Shown piece after piece: positions 26,101 through 38,125 of a stretch of DNA of 64,000 nt. The position numbers and the translations under genes were made by a program. This stretch comes from Balanoglossus misakiensis (taxonomy: Eukaryota; Animalia; Hemichordata), in the NCBI GenBank assembly GCA_040954595.2, contig CM082596.2, forward strand, positions 6,150,791-6,214,790. The letters are read 5' to 3'. The notes beneath the pieces were generated by a model. That model was not told the DNA's origin and did no database searches. It worked only from the letters and a program-made list of their open reading frames with translations. The stretch's first letter is position 1; the number at the start of each line of letters is the position of its first letter.

Positions 26101-29100
26101 AGTTTGAGTTATTTTATTTTAAATACCGTCAACTGATAAATGTGCTTTTGAAATGTACTATGAGAGAGTGGGTTTTCCGTGGATAAAAATAGTTCTATTC
26201 TCACGCTGAGTGTTTGGAAACACAGACAGTAGAAGAGAAATTAATTAGCATTGTAACACTTCTAAAGATACATGACGCTTTCATAATTATCCTTCACAGC
26301 CGCTGATGTAAGTGGTTTCTGCGCTGAGAGTTAGAGTCGCACTGTTTTCGTTTGGTCGTGTGTAGCCTGGTAACCCGACAACGGTTTGAATTGGATCGGG
26401 TCCCGCTGTCGTCTTTAGGCGCTATGTAACCTTCCTGTGTTCCAATCCACATTAATGCAGTTTAAAGTGTGTTCGGGTTGAATGAGATTAGCCCGCTGTT
26501 TGTTTTATTTCTCTGTCCGCCGTACTTCTCAAAGGCCCTGTTGACTCGATTTGTTTGTGCATACTTTTTGCCTTTCAAGCGCTTTTTCTTTCAATGGGGT
26601 GCCAATCACGCGGGAGGTAAGGTCGGGGAGCGCGAGAGAGAGAGACACACCGCTATGCGCGGCGAGCAGTTCAGCGATAAAAACGCGATTTTTAAACGGC
26701 GTGTTAGAAGCGGGTTAAAGGTGGCCATGATTGGCAGCTGCGGGGAGAAATTATTGCAGCGCGATATCGCTTTACAGGTTGAAGCGACGGTGACCGGGTA
26801 AAAAGGGGGACCGGCATGTGTGATCGGAGCGCCGTGGACGGAATGCGGGTGTGTCTGTCCACCCCTCTCCCCCACCCCGCGCAAAATCACCTGGAGAGCT
26901 CAGGTCCGGCGTACCAGTTTCACAATTCGGGGGAAGAATGGAGTATAATTGAGCTAAACTGTAGCTGGAAAGAATAGCCGTAAATTGCTCGGCAGTCATC
27001 AGCCATTAGTTATGCACATTCCATAGAGGACACCTGCCGTCCCCATTTGACTGAATAGCTGTTTCCTAATATATGTAAATGATCGCTATTATAGGTAGAA
27101 ATTATGATCCGTATTTAGCAGTGTTTCAGTCGACACGATTTACAGTACTTGTAATTTTTCTCGATAGATATAACTCTATCTGTACATATTTCACAAAGTA
27201 TGAGAGCTCCCCCCTTTAAGAACAATCTCTGTTGAAATAAAACCCGAGAATAAATATAATGATGAGAAATTGGCGAATTTTGTTATGCAGCCTGGAAGAT
27301 GAAAGGCGCGAAAATCCTATTGACAGTTGGACGACACTGTCATTTTATTGACTGCAAATACTGATTAACAGAGCTTTAAATGATCCAACAATACATGCAA
27401 ATTTGAAGTTGCTGTTACCTGGGGATGTCAGCGACCAGACTTGATTTCGATTTTTGTCACGTCCCCAGGCGATAAATCGCGGGTGTGCGCTTGAAACTGT
27501 TACGCGCAATTTGCGTCTCGTTTCAGGTCTAATTGTGCGTTCCCGTGAAAATTCAAAAGGAAAAAAAAATACTTTCAGGGATCCAAGTGAAATCCCAATT
27601 ATGCCGCTTCCCGCCCTTTTGGCGTGATGTGAAATACCTGTTTCTATGGCAACCGAATCCATGAGTTTTCGCGCAAGCCTCGATCAGCTGAAATGCTGTT
27701 CTCTATGATACAATCTTGAATAAAAGGGTTTATTCGGAAAAACGGCCGCAATTGCGGGTCAAAAATTAACAGCACAGATCAAAGATTCATCTTGTGGATC
27801 GAGTGACTTCAGATATTTTGATGGAAGCAGATAGTCTGCCCGACAACAACTTCTTTTTTGTCGCGCGTCTCTGAACGTAAAAGGCCACACGCCCCGTCGC
27901 ACTTTCACTGATACGTCGGAATGTGGTACTACCCGCGACCTTTGACCTACCAGAGCAGCCATTCGTCATTACAGGACACGGTGACAAAAACTCTGATTAC
28001 ATAACGACACCGATAAAGCACCGCTGATGTGCTTATCATTAAAAATAATATTATTAGAGAGAATGTGATTTGTGAAAGGTATCGACCGGGGCTTGTTCGT
28101 TGAACAATAGTCTGCTGCATAGAGATATATTTCGTTTCCCGTTTCTCCGACGTGATGAACCGTCTGCTGTTTTCAATAACGGCAGTCCGTACCACGCTAT
28201 GCCACAAATTGGTCCGACTGTCACTCAAAGAAAATTATTTTCAATTTTCAGCAAAAAGACATTAATTTTAGTTCGACAAATCGGTTAAAAAACGGGAATG
28301 CCAAATGGCAAGATTGGCAATGATTGTTTGTCATGTATTTTTAGGCCTAATCGAGAATAAAATCGATTAAAATTACTGGAATATTGCATGGCGCCGAAAT
28401 ACGTTAAGGTGACGGTGTTTCAGACATGCGAATGGCAAAAGTCATGTCGAGTTATTAACTTAAATACCGACCTCTTACGCATCAAAATGGGAAATAAATA
28501 GGAAAGCTTGTTTTTATCATTTCTATCATAATAGCGAAACAAATGGAGCGCAGAATTCTGTAGATAATGTCGTCACCCCTTTACGGTGGGAATTGTCACA
28601 ATGAGCAGACGATAGAGATGGATTATCGTTTGCCTGAGTTTTTTTATGCATTGAATCGTTGTTTGATGCTTAATTCTGCGGACGGGTTTTCCGATTTGAA
28701 TTGAGACATTCTCAACTTGACAACAAGTCGGGACATCGCTACATGAATAAAATGATCATAGTCGAAGTAAAGTGCGCTTGAGTCCAAATCCGGCGCCGCA
28801 AAATTAGAGCCGAATGATGAAAATACAAAGAGGAAAAAGTCAGTCGCAGTAACAGGATCTCGTCGAGCATTTGCCAGCTTTGTGCATTTCATATTTTTCC
28901 ATAATGTCTACTAATAGCCTCACAAAACGGTGCTCTGTGCGAGCTTTTGTTTGTAAATCCCAGAGATCTGCCTTCATGCACCATCTGTCCACCGAGGGAT
29001 TGTCCCCATTGATTGCGATTGGGGAGCGGGGGAACGAACAGAAAATATGCCACTTGACACCGCCGCACATTGATTTGATAAGTCCAAGCCGACGTCACCC

Positions 29101-31190
29101 CCGTTGTGCGCATCGCCAAATATGTAAAGAACAAAACAATAGAGGGAATTTGACAGATAATCAGATGTCGCTCTGGAGGTCGACGCGGGTCAACTATCGG
29201 ACAGGATCGGATGGTTCAATGAATCTGTGTCAGGTGAGATTCTGCAACACAGGGGGGGGGGGGACCATGTGGATGAACTTTTGGATATCTATAACGGCTG
29301 TGTTATTTTTTTCACATCACTACGGCTAGGTTTGCGGTACGGTTTTTCTGAACACCATATCTGAAGCAGAAACTATCTTTTAATAAGACGGCAACACAGT
29401 ACAGCTCACTTATTTGATCAAAAAGTGACCCTGAGCGAAAGAAATATCGTTCCCACCAAATGGATTTTGAACCCCTATATATGTTTGGGTCCTGTGAACG
29501 GTAATGAATATTAAATATTCAATAAAAAGATAGGATTGCTAGACAGTAATGTCATTCATTCTTTTTTAGCAGTAAGCTAACCTAATTCCCTTTGTTTTCC
29601 CTGACTTACAGGCTGTCGTTCTATTTATCTAATTACTGAATTGTCACCGGATTTTTGTGTGATCCTGTTTCGTGGAACCACGGTTATCTGTGACTAAGTC
29701 GGTTTCTGCATTGAAGTCATCTCTGTCACAAAACGTACTCATGGTATTAGGGTTGTTTCGTTTTGTAAGCAAAATGCCTGGAATTATTATGTCCTGGTCA
29801 AAGGCCCGATTTTCAGAAGGAATTTTAATTTTTGCGGGGCAGGTGCACGGTGTTAAAATCCACCCTGCGCGCTCCGTTTGTAAACCGGATAGGTAGTTTT
29901 TGCTGGCTGCATGATCGCGATGGACACAACCTGTTACGCCGAAACTGCAGTTGAAAAAAAATTGAACCAGACTGAATTGCTTGATGTTCTGAAGAGTTAT
30001 ACGGACTGGTGTGAACCGCAGCACCAAATGTTAACCCTTTCCAGGAAACGGGAAGTTTTTACTTCCCTGAAAACGAGCCTCTGGACTTTCTGCTTGATAC
30101 AAAATATTGTGGAGTTTTAGCGCATGCGCAGCCCAGACCTTCTACCAACCAGGTCCATTGTAATGCATGTACATGTACTTGGATATTTACAATTACATGT
30201 ACTAATTTGATTTCAAGCATCCGCGGGGAAACAAGTTACAACTCTCTTTTTTATATCCCATTTCACAAAGAAAGAGAAATCAATTCTATTATGCGGTACA
30301 TGTTGTATGTAAACACGGTGATGTAATAATGAGTTGGATGCAAGGGTCGCTTCCTGTAATATATCCCCGGTGCTAAGGAGTCGCCGACTTGATCAGGCGC
30401 GTTACTCATGGGTCATTTCGGGGCATGGCATTTAATGACAAATAATCTTGGCGTGGTTTACTGACATAATTTCTTGTCTGCCGCCCCACCCACCCAAGCA
30501 TCATTCGTTTTCTTTTAATTATTCCCTCGTCCGTCCGCCCGACAGTTCACCACCGGTCGCCACCGGTTCTTCCGCCCGCCGTCGTCTTCGGCGACTCGGT
30601 CTAGACTCAAGTGGAGAGCCGCGTCGACTTTTCCCCTCCTCACATGCCAGTCGCAAAGTACACGCTGTCAGTCTGCTCCGCGGTTGACATGTTACCGGGC
30701 ACCGGTGCCTTTAATTTGCTTTGATAAAAAACCATCTCGGAGGTCTCCGCATGCTCCCCGAGTCTAAAATAAACACACGGAATCGTTTGCCGCTGTCCGT
30801 AATGGTCTACCAGTTCCCACCCAGCGTCCAGGTCTAAATTGGCCCTCCATGCGACCGCCATCCCGTGTTATTTGGTGTTTTTTCTCCCATCGACATCGGT
30901 TGCATTTGGTACGTGAGGGGTCGCGCATTCTTGCGGACCTTTCCTGTTGAAATCTCTCCGATGTGATACTTCACACTGGGAAAATCTCCAATTTCTTTCT
31001 CGAACGGTTTAAGAAAATAACTCGAACAGCTTGACTAAATCAAGAATCAGGATAGTGCATGGCGGCCTACTCTACAAAATGTGGTGACGTGTACTCTGAC
31101 AATGTCTGGTACATGTAGTATATTCAAAAGTGATGAAGTTGTATACCGGTTCAGCATCTGCAAACGTCTGTTTAGCTTGACCAATAGTCG

Positions 31191-31280
<90 letters not shown>
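31191..31280. repeat. (TCA)30 microsatellite
   Basis: Perfect trinucleotide run. It explains the poly-His and poly-Met ORFs in the track. Confidence 0.97.
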
Positions 31281-34200
31281 CCGCGCAGGGGGTATAGTTA
31301 TCTTAATAAAACAAACTTTCCAGTTCAATGCATTCGATATTGGTCGAATCTAATGTTTGTAATTAAATATGCGAGCGTTATCAGTCAAAATTCAAATCCT
31401 CGTCAATTAATATATCATTATCGTTTGTAAATCTCATATCATCCACTTTTATCTTGTCTCGGACGACAATAAAATATTTGTAACGAGTTTTATCTTTCAA
31501 TACAACACGGGAGAATATGATCTCTCCCGCGTCTATATATCTGGAGACAATTGACCATGACTCGATTGAAGAGAATCGCCACAGGCAAGAAAGTATTGAC
31601 ATTCGCCGTAATTAAAGATCCCATTCGATTACTTATGTCAGTTTTGTGTATTTGACAGTTTTGGCCACTTAAATTTGTTAAAATATGGATCGGGTTGCGA
31701 CACGCTTGACATGAAGTTGTTTTCCTACATAATGGAACAGTTATAGGATACGTGTGCAACAGTAATTGCGATTTGAATTCTCAGTTTCTGAAATAGATGA
31801 AGACTCCCTTTTGGTCTTCTTTCACTGCCTCGTTGATTTTATATACCATGTCTGTGTGTAAATCACGTGCAAAATGTAGAGCTGGTCTTAATTTCTATCT
31901 GCTGATGTCACAAACGACGGTCATGCAGCCAACGACCCCGACAGCGTTGTAACGTCAGGCAAGACAGCGACAACTGGATATCCACCCGTGTTTTGAGACA
32001 AGAACACGCACAATCCCGTCTTGGACAAATGCTATTCAAATATTTATGACGGCGTTTGTCGTCGAGTGGCGTGCCATCCTATAGTGTGTCAAAGCTGCTT
32101 CGGGGGCGATCGCTTGCTTAAGAAGCTCTCTGGGAGTCAGTCATAGCTCTGCTTCTCCCCGTTTTGTGACACAGAGAGAGATAAAAATACGAGGGTCGAA
32201 TTAGCCGCAGCTCGGGGGCACGATCGACCAGCATTCACCGGAATCTCAGCACCGTGCGCCCGTCTCAATAGCCGAGCCTGCGAGCAATGGCGAGTAAAAT
32301 CGACCACAGTCTGAAATTTTCAGTACACACTGAAACGGCACGGCTGCGGTGTCTAGTCATTAAAAAACGACTAGAGCTTCAGTTGCCACGACAGGTTAGA
32401 CTTCCCCTTTCGTCTCCCCTCGACCAGACACCAAATTGACGTGTTCCGGCGACTAACAAGTCGGTAGTGTCATTTCCACGGCAAAAAATGTAATGTCGCC
32501 GTTAAAGTTCAATTATTTCGCCTCTCTGTGTCTGTTCAAATGCGATAAAAAAGTCACCGTGTTGTTTCAAGTCGCATCCCTCAGGACAAGGGAGACGACA
32601 TTTCACTTTTGTCAACTGCAAAAGATGTTTTAAGTCTGGTCTGTGGTCTGTTAAAACTGACTGAGATAAAAGCAACAGTAGAATTTTCCTGTCGTGGTTA
32701 TCAATATTTGAAGCTTGGTTTTGATCTCTAAGATAATTTGAACATTTTTCAATATTATCTTTTAATATGAAACCGTGTCCTTGCCCTAACTGGTAATTAA
32801 CAGATGAATGATATTATTACAACCATGGAAAACTATCTTGCGGCCATCAATGTCGATTTTTAACAAATTATTGCGTGCGATTGTTTGGCGTTCAATTTGT
32901 GTATAGCTGAGACCATGAAGCTGAGACCCACCACTCTTGTCTTCGAAAAAGTCACAGCTTTTTAATAGCAACTGTTTACGCACCATACTTTCGCGGAATT
33001 CAAAATCTATGCCAACTTGTTCTAATTGTCTCATTGTCTGTTCCTCTAGCTGCTTCAAGGACGCCAGGAAGGTGTTCCTACACGCGGAAAACAAGTCACG
33101 GTTTTGCTTGTGTAGAGCCACTGTTGAATGGGGGCATTCTTTAGTGGGCTATACACACGGTGTGAAAAGTTTTGGTGGGGGATTTGGGTTGTGATAAGAC
33201 TCCCTTTCCAGACTGACAACCTTTATCTGCTTTCCCTGGGCCTTCCCAGGCCCGGCGAGGCAGTCTGAAAGAAAATAATCGCCACAAGGCCGGTCGTAAG
33301 TAGCGACAAATTACACATAAAAGTGGACAAATCGCATCTTGTTGAAGAAATTCGCAGTTTGTTTAAACCCGCGGATTTTTTTGTTTCTCTGTTTCTTCCG
33401 CCCAGTTGATCAAGAAATATTCCGTTGACGAACTCTACAACTTCAATGATCACAAAGTGTGAAGAATTCGACGGGAGTCGATTTTTTGCACGTTTTTTTT
33501 CTTTGTGTGTACGGTGCATGAAGTGGTTTTGGTGTCTATAGTTTCCCTCGCAGGCCAACCGCACTGGGCAAAGTTGCCTGTCTACAAGTAATGAAATTCG
33601 GCCATTTAGATAATTGACTAATCGCCGGCGGTTGATATTTTGAGGGGAGGGGCGTTTATCACAATCACATACTATATATACTCGTGGCTAGCTGTTCAAA
33701 TCGAATATGTAACTCCGAAATTATATCATGAACACCGTAACCGCACCAGCTCTCGGCGAAGAAGGACGTTCCAAAAATCTAAATGTTGCTTCCATCGCCT
33801 GTGGCGTCTAAGCGATACGGTGTCTGCCCTTCCGAGATCACCATCTCGCGCTCCAAATCCGTGAAATCGGTACAGAAATCAGATCCGAGCGGACAAATCG
33901 AGCAGCGGTTATCAGGCGATTAAAATCAATTCTCCGGGCCTAATAGGAACTGTTGGGGCATTGCATCGCTGCTGTGTCGACTTTTTACCTACAAACACGC
34001 GGTCGCGGCGCCGAGTGCGGAGAAAAAAACTCGGTACAATCTTATAAACGTTGCATTATCTCGGGGGCGAAAAAAAACACAAATACGGGAGAAATTTCGC
34101 GCTGTATATTCATTTCAATTTAACCTGGAGGTGAGTCCATTAGGTTGCGCTAAGCTAATCGTTTGTGTGAACAATGGCCGTGTCGATGTGGGAGGGCCCC

Positions 34201-35819
34201 GTTGACGAGTGTGTCAATAGACTCCTTAAAGAGTGGGAGCTGTCAGAATAGGTGAGATTTATTGTTGGGCTGCGGAGCCCCATTCACTCCGCGCGACAGC
34301 TCCTCGGCTTGGCGATCGCTAAAATCAACAGCCTCATCAAGGGGGGTGGGCTAAGCAAACATTACAATTTGGTGTGAAACGTTGCGCGTCCCCCCTGCCC
34401 CTCCTAATGAGCGAATCACATTGACACCAATCCGCGCAGTATCTGCATACTAAGTTCCTCCACATATGCATGGCAAGGGTTCAACAAACAACGCTTTTTT
34501 TTCTTCTGTAATATGATTACAGTTGCTTCGACGATTGGGAAATTTGACTAAGACGATATTAAGGCTAACTTGCAAAACAAATAGCCCAACCGTCACAAAT
34601 TTAATTTCGATCTCTGCCAGTCTCCTGCGCAGAAACCGTTTTGTATCTATCAGCTTGGCCACCCCCGCGGGAGAAATTCAATGTAAAGTTTTCATTCCCG
34701 ACTCCATTACGGAGAATTAACTTTATTAATATTCGACTGTGCGCCAAGCCAGGACTAATTCCCCTTTTATGAGAGTGTTTTCAAATGTAATAGAGGGATA
34801 ATTCGGCCCTAATTTTGTTGATAGTTTTCGAGTTCTCGGCTGTTTTCTCAAACATGGCTGCCGGGGTTGCCCAGCGAACCGTCACGTTTCATCGCAGCTG
34901 GTTCGCCGCCGCGGGTCGTCCCCCTAACCAGTGACAAAATCCGCGGAAAAAAATCCCCGATTGAAAAATCCTGGTCAAATTCCAGTCAAACGCCTGCCAT
35001 GCGAGCCACAAATTATTCATGAAACGTAATAATCTCCCGCCACCAACATTTATATACAGGGCAGCGTTGCTTTTAGCATCCACACTGCATAAAGCTCTTT
35101 ACCACGCAGAGACATCGATCGCAATTTCTGTTGGGAAGTTTGAGCTCCGAATTTCGCCGATCAAAGCGAATAAATGCAACACAGTGGACGGGATTTAGTA
35201 TTTATATTAGCAAACATAAGAATACAAGTCTATTTTTGAGCTAAAACGGAGTATTCGGCGCATAAAGATACCGACTACATCAATGTCACAGGAAAGAGAC
35301 TTCAATAATGTAACATGCGACAGCGTTGGTTTCAGATATGTACATTTGACTTTCAGGGTGCATCTTACAGAAAGGGGGATAGGCTAACTTGTAAATAAAC
35401 GCGTGTTTATTTCGGATCGATTTTTTTTTCATTCGCGACCACTATTTATCGTTATGCCGGGAATGACTTTGTCCGGCCCTGTCGTTTGATTTTCATTTAG
35501 ATGTCTAATGAGGGGATCTTTGTCTAGTGAGAGACCGTTTGGGCGAGTTGACGAATCAATAAAATGACAAAGACTCGCCGTTACAACTAATGGTACGACT
35601 TCACGAAGCCCCGATAAGCCAACGCTTTAATAAGCCGAGCGTACAATACGGTAATCGCTACAGCTCTTTTGCGTCGGGAGAGAGTGAAAAAAAGGTGTTT
35701 TTATTGCCCACCCTTTCAATTTGCTCTGTAAACATCCTTTTTACACCGACGATGAATGATCACGCTATGACAGGTCCCGTAAAAATGAAATCGCAGAAAG
35801 CCAGCGACATTTGAATTCG

Positions 35820-35990
35820 CGTCGCGGCCGCAGTGGCGGTGGGCGCGCAGTCACATATATATATATAGAGGGCCGCGCACAAAAGATTGACAGTTTTCGA
35901 CATGCTCGGTCTACCAATTAGCGATGTAGTGGTTCTAGTGGGTTTCCATGGCAACCATAATTGGGCCCAGGGGTCGCCATTTTGTTCGAC
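35820..35990. promoter_or_regulatory. Candidate fzd5/8 upstream enhancer (RFX + MEIS)
   Basis: Consensus X-box GTTTCCATGGCAAC (35942-35955), AGATTGACAG (35884-35893) and CCAATTA/TAATTGG homeodomain cores in a GC-rich patch about 2.2 kb upstream of the ATG. Confidence 0.5.
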
Positions 35991-37469
35991 TCGCGGAAAA
36001 AAAAGTATTGGGGAATAATCAGACGGGCAATGGCAGCTATTCAGGTACAGGCATAAAGCCCATTGATGTCTCAATGAAAAGCCTCCCCCATGAAAAGACC
36101 GTGAGTTCATCTGTACATCGCTCTATAGCAATCGGTTGACTTGTCTAACTTGCTTTTGTGCCGAGGTCCATGGGCAGTGGCGATTATTTATGTTTTTTTG
36201 ATATCTCCAAGTCTCCACATGATTCGACCGACGCTGAAGAATTATACGCGGGCAGGACTGAGCCCGGCCGTCAATTTACAAGACACTTCAAATATTGCTT
36301 TTAGTTCGTTTTCCCAAAGAGACATAAAGCACTTTGGCTAATGCACGCTTAAGAAGGCTAACATTGGGCTAAGCCTGGGTCGCGTTTAGCTTTAGTTTTG
36401 ATAACTGGAGAGCGGGGAGGGCCAGAGAAAGAGAGAACAGAGCGACTGCAAACGTCACCAGAAACGGCGAGCTTGGGAAAAACCACTTAACACGGCACAG
36501 CGCCCGTTGCTATGAAATTTGTCAACGATGTGTTGGTTCTGTGGCCGCCGCGAGCCTCCCCACTCATTTTTGCTCATTACGCTAAGTGGTGTGCGCCTTT
36601 TTCGGGGTCATGCCTCGCCCGCCAACCCCGAACACAACTCATATCAAAACACAGTCACATATTCCAGCCATCCGTGAAAAAAAAAGAGCGTTCTCTCAGG
36701 GTAGGAGGAAAGTCGCACTTGCTGGCTTATCGTGTGTAAAGAGAGAGAGGGAGAGATAGAAAAATAAAACCAACACGCACACAACACAACACGGTAATCG
36801 CAACTGCGACCGATCCCCGGGGGTATCCCCGACGCAAAACAACGTGAAATTTGAGTTCCGAGCTGCGCGCAGTGAACGACGGTCAACAACAATATATTTA
36901 TTAACTCCCAAAATATTTATACAGTTAAAACGATTTCCCCCGCCTTTAAAGGCAAGGTTTTCATTCGGTGGTGATCCGCTCTTTACTGGCAAAAGTGCAC
37001 CTTGTTTGCTCTTCGGTTTTTTTTAATTGTCTCGCGGAGATTTGGGCTCCGTGACTAGATAAAAACTTTTGTTTGGACTGCTAAATGCCCCCCAACCCCA
37101 CTCGCCATTTGTGATGTATCGTTGCCCTCTGGTTATTTAGTGGGCACATTTATACTGCTGCTCGCCACGGCCCCCTGTTTTCGCTGTCTAATCAAATAGA
37201 ATCAACAAGGGGGCCGGCTTCTCACGTTCACCAGGACTGCCTGAAAACGTCTAAACCAGCCCACTGTAAACAATAGCGGCTTGATTAGCGCACCATAACG
37301 CACAGCGTGATTCTTCCCCAACAAAGGGGAGGCTGGGATGAGCTTCACAAAAGAGATTCAACAAAAACGAGTTTTTCTCTCTCTCTCGCTCGTTGCAGTA
37401 AATAAAACATAGTGGAGTGCGCCTGCTGTGTCGCTGCACAAAAAAATGCACAGAAACCCTGTTGGGATG

Positions 37470-37740
37470 AATTCTATAGTGAGTGACGTCACGGCCAACT
37501 GTTACGCTAATTGGGAGATCAATTGCATGATTGACAGGTTACGTCAGTTGTCAGTGTTCATAATGAGTTGACAGCTAAATGACAGCTCTGCTTTGACACC
37601 TAGGTGCAAGCTTGTTAGCTATAGGCTGTTAGAATCGTCACATCTCGTGCATAAACGTTCATCCGTGCCTGCCAGTAAGACGTGCCGTTCGGGGGCTTTC
37701 TTTCGTACGGATTACGTAGTGCATTAGCGCAGTCATGCCT
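37470..37740 (+). promoter_or_regulatory. Putative fzd5/8 proximal promoter
   Basis: CRE TGACGTCA (37484-37491), PBX-MEIS decamer TGATTGACAG (37528-37537), further TGACA(G) sites (37549-37553 on the - strand, 37569-37574, 37580-37585, 37594-37598) and TAAT cores. Followed by about 390 nt with no ATG before the start codon. Confidence 0.6.
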
Positions 37741-38125
37741 CCTAGTCAATTTACAACTGGGTAACTGAACCTGACCCGGCAGTGGTGGAGAGTAGTCGGC
37801 GAGAGCGAAATTCCTCGTCTAATCCAGTCGGATTTCTACGTTTTTTAAGCGGCTTTTGTGTTCGGAAATTGTGCATAAACAAGCGAGTCGGACCAACGAT
37901 ATTACCAGCTGGGGTGTCACGACGGAGTCGCAGCCAACACCAATCGCTTTTTTTTCGGCGAGGGGGCAAATACGCTACCGTGTACCTACCGAGCGAGAGT
38001 GGGTGGCTGGGTGTTGTTGACCCAGCCTCGGCCGTGTGTGTACTGTCAAAATACCGCGAACCGGAGGACCCGAGCTGAGAGTGACTTTCCCCCCAGTTGT
38101 TTGAATTCCAGCCAGACAGTACAAG
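37740..38125 (+). other. Probable fzd5/8 5' UTR
   Basis: No ATG on the + strand from about 37740 to the start codon. CpG-rich. Contains an 8-bp stem, GGCTGGGT/ACCCAGCC (38005-38027). The TSS is not determined. Confidence 0.5.

Noticed and set aside
30031-30040. TTAACCCTTT, a piggyBac-like terminus
   Set aside because: No matching AAAGGGTTAA end found and no transposase remnant.
31072-31353. Poly-Met and poly-His ORFs
   Set aside because: Translations of the (TCA)n microsatellite.
31381-31850. Two overlapping - strand ORFs as a possible pseudogene or TE relic
   Set aside because: No transposase, RT or other motif recognised in any frame.
32786-33121. Protein-looking 111-aa ORF on the - strand
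   Set aside because: Non-ATG start, no recognisable domain and no convincing splice sites. A BLASTX hit would change this.
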